In this document: in pieces, positions 28,887 to 37,014 of the stretch
Numbering within the stretch: the stretch's first letter is position 1
Layout of the letters: each line of letters begins with the position of its first letter
From: Sphingomonas sp.
GTDB lineage: Bacteria; Pseudomonadota; Alphaproteobacteria; Sphingomonadales; Sphingomonadaceae
Length of the DNA stretch: 64,000 bases
Direction of reading: 5' to 3'
Assembly: GCF_017744835.1 (NCBI RefSeq)
Contig: NZ_JAGIAM010000006.1
Location: 148,383 to 212,382, forward strand
Made by a program: the position numbers and the translations under genes
The notes under the pieces: model-generated
What the model saw: only the letters and a program-made list of their open reading frames with translations
Database searches by the model: none
Told to the model about the DNA's origin: nothing

Positions 28887-29630
28887 GTGTCCTCGCTCGA
28901 GCTCGATGCGCACCCCGATCTTTGCATTCGCGTCGAGCACGTCGGCGCGGAACGGACGCCGCTTTTGATCATCGACAATCTGTTGGATCGGCCGGACGAT
29001 TTCGTCACCTACGCGGCTACGGAGTGCACGCTTTCCGCGCCGACTGACATGTATCCGGGGCTGCGCGCGCCGGCCCCCCAATCCTATGTCGAGGTGTTGC
29101 GCAAGGCGCTGACCCGTGCGATCAACGAGGCATACGGGCTTCCCGATCTCGAGTTGTGCAGCGCGATCAGCTACCTTTGCGTGGTTACCGCTAGACCGGG
29201 GGATCTCGATCCGGTTCAGTGCATGCCGCACATCGACGGTACGGCCGCCAATGATTTTTCGACCGTCCATTACCTGTGCTCGCCGAAATATTCAGGCACC
29301 TCGCTCTATCGCCACCGCCGAACGGGATATGAACTGATCCCCGAGTTCCGCCATGAGCGTTACCGAGCGGTGCTGGAGGAGGAGCTGCGGGAAAAGCCGT
29401 GGACGACCCGTGGCTATATCAATGGCGACACCGAGATGTTCGCGCGGATCGCATCGACGGAAGTCGCCTTCAACCGCCTGGTTCTCTACCCCTCCAATGC
29501 GCTTCACTCAGCCGACATCGGGCCGGACTTCGCATTCGATCCGGACCCGAGGCAGGGCCGCTTTTCGGTGAATTCCCGCATCCAGATGAGGTCACGAGGT
29601 TTCAAGCCAAGGCCGTGGTTCCAAGGATAG
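28887..29630 (+). CDS. DUF6445-like protein, 2OG-Fe(II) oxygenase fold
   Basis: PLLIIDNLL, YPGLRAP, MPHIDG (HxD), VHYL, GTSLYRHR, FNRLVLYPSNALHSA, GRF. Confidence 0.75.
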   Translation: MSSLELDAHPDLCIRVEHVGAERTPLLIIDNLLDRPDDFVTYAATECTLSAPTDMYPGLRAPAPQSYVEVLRKALTRAINEAYGLPDLELCSAISYLCVVTARPGDLDPVQCMPHIDGTAANDFSTVHYLCSPKYSGTSLYRHRRTGYELIPEFRHERYRAVLEEELREKPWTTRGYINGDTEMFARIASTEVAFNRLVLYPSNALHSADIGPDFAFDPDPRQGRFSVNSRIQMRSRGFKPRPWFQG

Positions 29631-29740
29631 TATCTCGAGACGACATCTGCAGCGTCATTCTGACGCCGGCGTGGACCTGCGCGCGGGCGCGCACCCTCGG
29701 GCATATCGTGAGTGCGCAGGATCGTCGGAAATGCAATTGG

Positions 29741-29787
29741 TTGACGGATCGGCGGATCACCACCTAGCTTCCATGGTACCGATAACA
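29741..29787 (+). promoter_or_regulatory. Putative sigma70 promoter plus degenerate LacI-type operator TGGTACCGATAACA (29774-29787)
   Basis: TTGACG-N17-CTAGCT, followed by a 12/14 match to TGGTAGCGCTAACA. Confidence 0.5.
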
Positions 29788-29827
29788 TTGCGGCCGTTCA
29801 CGCGAGTCGCCGACGGGAGAGTGGGGG

Positions 29828-30604
29828 ATGGCAATGGCCGAACGAGCGGCGCGCCCGCGCGGCATGCGGTACAAATCTCGCAAATGGGGCACCGGGTGCC
29901 GTGCGCCACAAGTCGCTGCTACCCTCCTCTTGTTGGCGCTTGCGACGTCCGCCCAGGGCCAGACGGCAGGCATGGTGGAAGAGGCGCTGCCACCGCCTAC
30001 GGGTCTGGCGCCCTACTTCGATAAGGCGGCGACCGGTCCCATCGCGCCGGACCCCGACGGCTTTCTTCGCCGCTGGATGCTGCTCGAGCCGGTAACCAAG
30101 CCCAATCGCACCAACACCGGCTTTACGTCCCGCTATGTGCGCGAAGCGCTCGCACCCAATCAGTATCCCGGCAAGTTCGGCGAGGTGCCCCGCGATGGCG
30201 CGCTCGCCAGGGGCCCCGGCGAGCTTCGCTGGCATGCGCTCGACTCCAGCCTGTTCGACGTCAAGCTGTTCAAACTGGCGCAGGGGCTGGGAAAGCCGAC
30301 CTATGGCGTGATCTTCTGGGCCGTCACGGTCGTGAATAGCCCGCGCGAGTTGCGGAATGTGCGCCTCGCGGTCGGTTCCAATTCCGCCTCCAGGTGGTGG
30401 CTGAACGGCGAGGAAGCCGCGGGGTTGTTCGGGGACAGGCGCATGGTCATGGACGACGTGGTCTCCCGCCCGATCACGCTGCAGAAGGGGCGCAACGTGC
30501 TGCAGGGGGCGGTCATCAACGGACCGGGGCTGAGCGACTTCTGTGTCCGCTTCCTCGATGAAAGCGGACAGCCGATCCGCGACATCACCATCGACGTGAA
30601 GTGA
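29828..30604 (+). CDS. Secreted protein, probable beta-sandwich/PA14-like non-catalytic domain; start uncertain (29828 or 29864)
   Basis: Hydrophobic signal ending SAQG-Q; beta-rich VTVVNSP...LAVGSN...WWLNGEE...ITLQKGRNVL. Stop lies 8 nt before the GH43 start. Confidence 0.6.
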   Translation: MAMAERAARPRGMRYKSRKWGTGCRAPQVAATLLLLALATSAQGQTAGMVEEALPPPTGLAPYFDKAATGPIAPDPDGFLRRWMLLEPVTKPNRTNTGFTSRYVREALAPNQYPGKFGEVPRDGALARGPGELRWHALDSSLFDVKLFKLAQGLGKPTYGVIFWAVTVVNSPRELRNVRLAVGSNSASRWWLNGEEAAGLFGDRRMVMDDVVSRPITLQKGRNVLQGAVINGPGLSDFCVRFLDESGQPIRDITIDVK

Positions 30605-30612
30605 GGAACCCC

Positions 30613-32061
30613 ATGAAGCTTGCTCCCTTCGCGTTCACCGCGCTTGCCCTGACGCTCGCGCTGCCCGGAACGGCATTCGCCCAATTGGAAGGCGAGCCGT
30701 TCATCCACGATCCCTCCACCATCACCTTTTCCGACGGCAAATGGTGGACCTTCGGCACCCGCGGCGGCGGGCTCGTGTCCGACGATGGTTGGGTGTGGCA
30801 CAGCGGCGGCGAGCGGCCGGGGGGCGGCGTCGCGCCGGACGTGATCAAGATCGGTGACCGCTATTACGTCGCCTATGCGGTCGGCGGGGGCGGGATGAAC
30901 GGTGGTCACGCCAGCAACGTCAAGGTGATGTGGAGCCACTCGCTGGACCCCAAATCGCCCGACTTCGGCTATCACGACGTCGGCGTCGTCGCTTCGACCG
31001 ACGGCATCGAGCTCGCCGATGCGATCGATCCTGCCTTTCTCTACGCCGAAGGCCGGCTGTGGCTGAGCTACGGAACCTATTTCGGCTCGATCCGCATGGT
31101 CGAGCTCGATCCCGCGACGGGCGGGCGGAAGACGGGCAGCGAACCGGTCGACGTCGCGATCGACATGGAAGCCACCGCGATGATGCACCGCGACGGCTGG
31201 TATTACCTGCTCGGCACGCACGGCACCTGCTGTGACGGCCCCAATTCTTCCTACAACATCCGCGTCGGACGTTCGCGCAACCCGACCGGCCCGTTCGTCG
31301 ACAATATGGGCGTGCCGCTGCTGAAGGGCGGCGGCAAGCTGGTCGTGGCCGGGCGCGCGCGGCAATATGGACCGGGGCATTTCGGCCTGCTCGATCTCGG
31401 GGACGGCGTCGAGAAATTCTCGATGCATTATGAGTCCGATCTCGATCGGGGCGGGCGCAGCGTGCTCGGTATCCAGCCGCTGCTGTGGAAGGACGGGTGG
31501 CCGGTCGCGGGCGAGAATATCGTGCCCGGCACCTACGAGATCCAGTCGGAGCGCGGCGGCGGCGCCTTGGAACTGGCGGTGGATTTCGTGCGCATGCCGT
31601 TCGACGTGCGCCGCAGCTTCATGGCGAAGCCGGACGATCCGGTCGGCCCGATCCCGAACCAGAGCCTCGCCGAGAACCAGCAGAGCTGGCCGGCCGGGAA
31701 CATCGAGGTGGATCTGGGCGACTATATGATCCGCGCGCACCAGCAATGGACGATCACGCCCGCAGCGGGGGCAGGCGGCGCCTTCGGTGCGCCTTATTAC
31801 AAGATCGTCATTGCCGGCACCGATCGCGCATTGGCGGTGGGGCCGGAAGGCACGCTCCAGACCGTGCCCGCCTTCACCGGCGCGCCCGGGCAGCTCTGGC
31901 GGATCGACCAACTCACCGACGGCACCTACCGGATCATGCCAAAGGCGGCGCCGGGTGCGAACGAGGGGCTTGCCCTTGTGGCGCTGGGTCGCAGCACGCC
32001 CGCTCTGGCCAAATTCGACCCCGCCAGCGATGCTGGGCGCTGGAGCTTCAAATTGCCGTGA
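30613..32061 (+). CDS. GH43 arabinanase-like enzyme with C-terminal ricin-B-like domain
   Basis: IHDPSTI, APDVIK, DAIDP, GTYFGSI, EATAM, TCCDG, RVGRS, GPGHFG; QxW repeats (QQW, QLW) in the C-terminal part. Confidence 0.82.
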   Translation: MKLAPFAFTALALTLALPGTAFAQLEGEPFIHDPSTITFSDGKWWTFGTRGGGLVSDDGWVWHSGGERPGGGVAPDVIKIGDRYYVAYAVGGGGMNGGHASNVKVMWSHSLDPKSPDFGYHDVGVVASTDGIELADAIDPAFLYAEGRLWLSYGTYFGSIRMVELDPATGGRKTGSEPVDVAIDMEATAMMHRDGWYYLLGTHGTCCDGPNSSYNIRVGRSRNPTGPFVDNMGVPLLKGGGKLVVAGRARQYGPGHFGLLDLGDGVEKFSMHYESDLDRGGRSVLGIQPLLWKDGWPVAGENIVPGTYEIQSERGGGALELAVDFVRMPFDVRRSFMAKPDDPVGPIPNQSLAENQQSWPAGNIEVDLGDYMIRAHQQWTITPAAGAGGAFGAPYYKIVIAGTDRALAVGPEGTLQTVPAFTGAPGQLWRIDQLTDGTYRIMPKAAPGANEGLALVALGRSTPALAKFDPASDAGRWSFKLP

Positions 32062-32381
32062 TCGTCATGTGTTGGCGAATGCCCATGCCACATCGGCGAT
32101 GCGCGAAAAGAAGGACCAGAGCCCAGTCGAGCATGGGGCACAGCTCAGTCTCCGTTCACGGCTACCATGCCATGACCTCGACTGCGCGCGTGATTTCCAG
32201 CGCGTGCTGACCTCAGCTTCGACCGCCTGGCGAGGTCAGGACTCGACTTGTACCGGCAGCTTCGTGAGTGAGGACCTGACCGTAATGATCGAGCGCACGC
32301 TCGACGCGGAGCAGGAGCCAAATCGCCATCGAGCGTCGGGGCCTTGGTGCAGCCATCGTAAACTTCCGCTTCGCGCGGCGC

Positions 32382-33287
32382 TCAGTGCAAATGCTCGGCC
32401 AGGAAATCGACGAACACACGTACGCGCGCAGGCGTGCTCGCACCGCCCACGAACACCGCATGGATCTGCTCGACGTCACCGGGATTGAATTCCTCGAGGA
32501 TCGGCACGAGCCGCCCGTCCGCCAGTTCGTTTGCGACGCTGAACGCCCCGACCCGCGCGATGCCCACTCCGATCGCGGCGAGTTGGCCGAGCGTCTCGCC
32601 ATTGTTCGCTTCGATGTTGCCGCGCACCGACATCGCGAAATCCTTGCCCGCGCGGCGGAACGGCCAGACCGGCTCGGCCCGGCGGAAGTTGAAGTTGAGG
32701 CAATTGTGGTTGTGCAGGTCCTCAGGGACAAGCGGCACGCCGGCCCGAGCGAGATAGTCGGGCGAGGCGACGATCACGCGCCCGGTCTCGCCGATCTTGC
32801 GCGCGGTCAGGCTGCTGTCGGGTAACGGTCCGAACCGCACCGCCACATCGGCCTGACCGGCCGCGACATCCACCAGGGTGTCGGTCAAGGCGATGTCGAC
32901 GAGGATGTGCGGATAGAGCGCGGCGAACCGGCCGAGCAGTGGCACCACGCATAGCCGGCCGTGCGACAATGCGGCGCTCACCCGCAGCCGGCCGCGCGGC
33001 GCGCCCTGGTCGGCGATCTGCTGCTCGGCGTCGTCGAGATCGGCGAGTATCCGGCGCGCCGCCTGCAGATAGGCCTGGCCCTCGGCGGTGAGCGTCAGAG
33101 CTCGCGTCGAGCGCAGCAACAACCGGACGCCGAGCCGACCCTCGATGCGGTCGATCGCGCGCGCCACCGCCGACGGGCTCAACTCGAGCAGTCGCCCCGC
33201 CCCGGAAAAGCTGCCGTGATCGACGACGGCGACGAACAAGGCCATCTCGCGCGCCCGGTCCGCGCCCACCGCCAGCTTTGCGTCCAC
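32382..33287 (-). CDS. LysR-family transcriptional regulator
   Basis: FVAVVDHGSFSGAGRLLELSPSAVARAIDRIEGRLGVRLLLRSTR; GRLRVSA; DVAVRFG. Divergent from the AKR/MFS genes. Confidence 0.92.
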   Translation of the reverse strand: MDAKLAVGADRAREMALFVAVVDHGSFSGAGRLLELSPSAVARAIDRIEGRLGVRLLLRSTRALTLTAEGQAYLQAARRILADLDDAEQQIADQGAPRGRLRVSAALSHGRLCVVPLLGRFAALYPHILVDIALTDTLVDVAAGQADVAVRFGPLPDSSLTARKIGETGRVIVASPDYLARAGVPLVPEDLHNHNCLNFNFRRAEPVWPFRRAGKDFAMSVRGNIEANNGETLGQLAAIGVGIARVGAFSVANELADGRLVPILEEFNPGDVEQIHAVFVGGASTPARVRVFVDFLAEHLH

Positions 33288-33374
33288 TGCAAAAATCCTC
33301 CGCGTTCGCTGGCGATACCCGGGACGGGCCCACGCGTCCATCTATGCGCTGCGATAACGATGGAAAGGTGGAGC

Positions 33375-34409
33375 ATGGAATATCGGCAACTCGGCGCATC
33401 CGGCTTGCGCGTACCCGCGCTGAGCTTCGGCACCGGTACCTTCGGCGGCAAGGGGCCCTTGTTCAGTGCCTGGGGTCAGAGCGACAGCGCCGAAGCGCGA
33501 CGGCTGATCGACATTTGTCTGGATGCCGGCGTCACGCTGTTCGATACCGCGGACGTCTACTCGGGCGGTGCGTCCGAGGAGATATTGGGCGACGCTGTCC
33601 GCGGCAGGCGCGACGCGGTGCTGATCTCGACCAAGACCGGCCTGCCGATGGGGGACGGCCCGCAGGACTGGGGCGTCTCGCGAAGCCGGCTTCTCGCCGC
33701 CGTGGATGCTTCGCTCAAGCGCCTGCAGACCGATCATATCGACCTGCTCCAGCTGCACGCTTTCGATGCTTCGACTCCGGTCGAGGAACTGGTCGGCACG
33801 CTCGATCAACTGATCACCGCGGGCAAGGTCCGCTATGGGGGCGTTTCCAACTATCCCGGCTGGCAGCTGATGAAGGCGCAGGCCGCCGCGGAGAAGCTCG
33901 GCGCGGCGCGGCTGGTGGCGCACCAGGTCTATTATTCGCTGATCGGCCGCGCCTATGAGCACGATTTGATGCCGCTGGGCGCGGACCAGGGCATCGGCGC
34001 GCTGGTGTGGAGCCCGCTCGGCTGGGGCCGTCTGACCGGTAAGATCGGTCGGGACCGTCCGGTTCCGGAAGGCAGCCGTCTTCATGAAACCGAGCAATTC
34101 GCGCCGCCGGTCGACAACGAGCATCTCTATCGCGTGGTCGATGCGCTCGAGGCCGTCGCGGCCGAGACGGGGCGCAGCGTGCCGCAGGTTGCGATCAACT
34201 GGCTGCTGCGTCGGCCCACGGTCGCATCGGTGATCATCGGCGCCCGCAACGAGACCCAGCTGAAGGACAATCTCGGTGCGGTCGGTTGGTCGCTGACGCC
34301 GGCGCAGGTGGCCGCGCTCGATGCGGCGAGCGACCTGCTGCCGCCCTATCCCCACACGCCCTATCGCCAGCAGGAGGGCTTTGCCCGCCTCAATCCGGCG
34401 CTCGTCTGA
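33375..34409 (+). CDS. Aldo/keto reductase
   Basis: MEYRQLGASGLRVPALSFG, FDTADVYSGG, ISTK, SLKRLQTDHIDLLQLH, GKVRYGGVSN, VWSPLG. Confidence 0.92.
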   Translation: MEYRQLGASGLRVPALSFGTGTFGGKGPLFSAWGQSDSAEARRLIDICLDAGVTLFDTADVYSGGASEEILGDAVRGRRDAVLISTKTGLPMGDGPQDWGVSRSRLLAAVDASLKRLQTDHIDLLQLHAFDASTPVEELVGTLDQLITAGKVRYGGVSNYPGWQLMKAQAAAEKLGAARLVAHQVYYSLIGRAYEHDLMPLGADQGIGALVWSPLGWGRLTGKIGRDRPVPEGSRLHETEQFAPPVDNEHLYRVVDALEAVAAETGRSVPQVAINWLLRRPTVASVIIGARNETQLKDNLGAVGWSLTPAQVAALDAASDLLPPYPHTPYRQQEGFARLNPALV

Positions 34410-34419
34410 GGATCGCGCC

Positions 34420-35595
34420 ATGAAGCTCAATCCCGGTCTCATTGCGCTGTCCGTCGGCGCGTTCGGCATCGGCGTCACCGAATTCGCGCCGATGGGCCTG
34501 TTGCCCGTCATCGCGCAGGACCTTGGCGTGTCGATCCCCGCCGCCGGCCTGCTGATCAGCGCCTATGCGCTCGGCGTGATGATCGGCGCGCCGCTGATGA
34601 CGCTCACCACCGGGCGCGTGCCGCGCCGTACGTTGCTGATCGGACTTGCCGGCATTTTCACGCTGGGCAATCTGCTCGCAGCACTGTCCCACGGCTATGG
34701 CATGCTGCTGGCGGCACGCGTGCTCACGTCGTTCAACCATGGCGCGTTTTTCGGCGTCGGATCGCTGGTGGCGGCGAGCCTTGTAGCGCCGGACAGGCGT
34801 GCAAGCGCGGTGGCGGCGATGTTCATGGGCCTGACGATCGCCAATGTCGTCGGCGTGCCGCTCGCCACCTGGGCGGGCGAGCATCTCGGCTGGCGTGCTT
34901 CCTTCTGGGGGATCGCCGCGCTGGGCGTCGCTACGATGGCGGCGCTGCGGTTCACCCTGCCGGCGCTGCCGGCACCCGCGGGCGGCGATGCCTGGGCCGA
35001 GTTGCGCGTACTCGCCCGGCCCCAGGTGCTCGGTGCGCTGGCGCTGACCGTGATCGGATCGAGCGCGATGTTCACGGTGTTCACCTACATCACCCCGATC
35101 CTGCGGGACGCCACTCACGCGTCGCTCGGCTTCATCACGGCGATGCTCGTGCTCTACGGCCTCGGCCTGACCGTCGGCAATTGGCTGGGCGGGCGCTTCG
35201 CCGATCGTTCGGTGGACCGGACGCTGGTCGTCACGCTGGCATCGCTCTCCGCGATCCTCTTGGCGTTCGCTTTGATGATGCCATATGCGGCGCCCGCGGC
35301 GGTGACGATCTTCCTGTGGGGGGTGGCGAGCTTCGCGCTCGTCCCGCCACTGCAGGTACGGGTCATGCGCGCCGCAGCCGACGCTCCGAACCTCGCCTCG
35401 TCGGTGAATATCGGCGCGTTCAACCTTGGCAATGCGTTCGGTGCGGCGCTCGGCGGCGGCGTCATTGCTGCCGGCCTGGGCTATCCGGCCGTGGCGATTG
35501 CCGGGGCCGCGACGTCGCTCGCGGGGTTGCTCGCGGTCGTCCTCACAAGCCGACGTGTCTCCAGAGTGGCCGACGGTCAGTTCTGCAGCGCCTGA
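34420..35595 (+). CDS. MFS transporter (DHA1/AraJ-like)
   Basis: AFGIGVTEFAPMGLLP, AGLLISAYALG, ARVLTSFNHGAFFG; about 12 hydrophobic segments. Confidence 0.9.
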   Translation: MKLNPGLIALSVGAFGIGVTEFAPMGLLPVIAQDLGVSIPAAGLLISAYALGVMIGAPLMTLTTGRVPRRTLLIGLAGIFTLGNLLAALSHGYGMLLAARVLTSFNHGAFFGVGSLVAASLVAPDRRASAVAAMFMGLTIANVVGVPLATWAGEHLGWRASFWGIAALGVATMAALRFTLPALPAPAGGDAWAELRVLARPQVLGALALTVIGSSAMFTVFTYITPILRDATHASLGFITAMLVLYGLGLTVGNWLGGRFADRSVDRTLVVTLASLSAILLAFALMMPYAAPAAVTIFLWGVASFALVPPLQVRVMRAAADAPNLASSVNIGAFNLGNAFGAALGGGVIAAGLGYPAVAIAGAATSLAGLLAVVLTSRRVSRVADGQFCSA

Positions 35596-35762
35596 CGGTC
35601 GCTCGAAGAGAGAGGGCGTGCAGCTCCTCCTCTTCGTTGCACCCCTTCGATTGGGGCCGCCTCTGCCAGCGGGACTGTCGGTTCGCTCCTGCCGCCCGCT
35701 TCGCAATTCCGGCACCGGTTGCCTCAATCGGTGCGCCGCTCCCGCTCGAAACCTCGCCCGGC

Positions 35763-36158
35763 TCACGAGGGCGCGGCGTCGGTGCGTTCGTGCTCGTGCG
35801 CCTGGCCCGCGACCAGCGTCGGGGCGGCGGCGCCCGCAAGCGCGGGGCGGAAGGCGTCGCGCTCGCCTTCGGGGATCGGCGCCGTGGGATCGGGCCGGAA
35901 GGCGTCGACGGCACGGTCCTCGGGTCCCGGATGCGTGTCGCCCATCAGGTCGGTCGGCACATGCTCGCCCGAGCCGAAGCTCCCGTCGCTTCCATGGCGA
36001 TTGCGCAGCAGCGCGAACGCCGCCGCGCCGGCTGCGGCCAGCACCGCGCCGATCGAGAGCCCGCCGAGCGCGAGCGCCTTGCCTCTGCCGCCGCCGCTCT
36101 TCGCACGGCTGCGGTTGGTCCTGCTGCGGTTCGAAGTCCGTGTCCGGCTGGTTGCCAT
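35763..36158 (-). CDS. Hypothetical single-pass membrane protein, probable general-stress regulon member
   Basis: Basic N-terminus, one TM segment, acidic tail with DAFRP repeated twice; EcfG promoter upstream. Confidence 0.6.
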   Translation of the reverse strand: MATSRTRTSNRSRTNRSRAKSGGGRGKALALGGLSIGAVLAAAGAAAFALLRNRHGSDGSFGSGEHVPTDLMGDTHPGPEDRAVDAFRPDPTAPIPEGERDAFRPALAGAAAPTLVAGQAHEHERTDAAPS

Positions 36159-36190
36159 GGTGCTTCCCCAGGAATGTGGTTCGCGCGTTC

Positions 36191-36215
36191 AACGGGCGTG
36201 CGCGAGCGGTGTTCC
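36191..36215 (-). promoter_or_regulatory. EcfG/sigmaT general-stress promoter GGAAC-N16-CGTT
   Basis: Minus strand reads GGAAC-accgctcgcgcacgcc-CGTT, 32 nt before ATG 36158. Confidence 0.7.
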
Positions 36216-36297
36216 GGTGCCGCCGTGCGGCAAGCCCTTGGTCCGGCTGAAATATCCGAGCATCAAATCCCGCGCATTCTGGCGTAATAGGAATGCG

Positions 36298-37014
36298 ATG
36301 GTAACCACGAACCCCAGCGATTCGGCGACGCTGCTCGTCGTCGACGACGACCGCGACATCCGCCTGCTGCTCGCCAACAGCCTTGGCGCGCGCGGCTATA
36401 AGGTCGAGACCGCGGCCAGCGCGCAGGAGATGGACGAGGTCCTCGCGCGCGCAAAGGTCGATCTGGTCATCCTCGACGTGATGATGCCCGGCGAGGACGG
36501 GATTTCCGCCTGCCGCCGGCTCGCGCGACCCGGCGGACCCGAAGTGATCATGCTCAGCGCGCTCGGCGAGGAGCAGGATCGCATCCTGGGGCTCGAGGTC
36601 GGCGCCGGCCATTACCTCCCCAAGCCTTGCAGCCCGCGCGAGATCCTCGCCACGGTGCGCGCGGCGCTGCGCAAGCGCGGTGCCGAGGCGCCGGCATCCG
36701 GCGACGTCTACACCTTTGACGGCTGGAAGATCGACCTCGGCAGCCACGAGCTGTTCGACCCCGACGGCGTGCTGGTCGGGCTCACCGATGGCGAGTTCGC
36801 GGTGCTGCGCGTGTTCATCGAGCGTCCGCGTCGCGTGCTCTCGCGCGAGGCGCTGCTCGCGGCGGCGCGCGGGCCCGATTCGGACGCCTATGACCGCGCG
36901 ATCGACGTCCAAGTCAGTCGCCTCCGCCGCAAGCTGCGCGCGAGCGGCGACGAGATCATCCGCACCGTGCGCAACGAAGGCTATCTGTTCGTCCCGCGGG
37001 TCGCGCGCGCATGA
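36298..37014 (+). CDS. OmpR-family response regulator
   Basis: LLVVDDD, LVILDVMMPGEDG, IMLSA, YLPKP; winged helix DRAIDVQVSRLRRKL...TVRNEGY. Confidence 0.93.
   Translation: MVTTNPSDSATLLVVDDDRDIRLLLANSLGARGYKVETAASAQEMDEVLARAKVDLVILDVMMPGEDGISACRRLARPGGPEVIMLSALGEEQDRILGLEVGAGHYLPKPCSPREILATVRAALRKRGAEAPASGDVYTFDGWKIDLGSHELFDPDGVLVGLTDGEFAVLRVFIERPRRVLSREALLAAARGPDSDAYDRAIDVQVSRLRRKLRASGDEIIRTVRNEGYLFVPRVARA

Noticed and set aside
29828-30604. Acetylxylan esterase as a product name
   Set aside because: No serine-hydrolase motif visible, so kept as a non-catalytic candidate.
32062-32381. Possible pseudogene fragment at the edge of the low-GC block
   Set aside because: Translations contain stops and nothing recognisable; needs tblastx.
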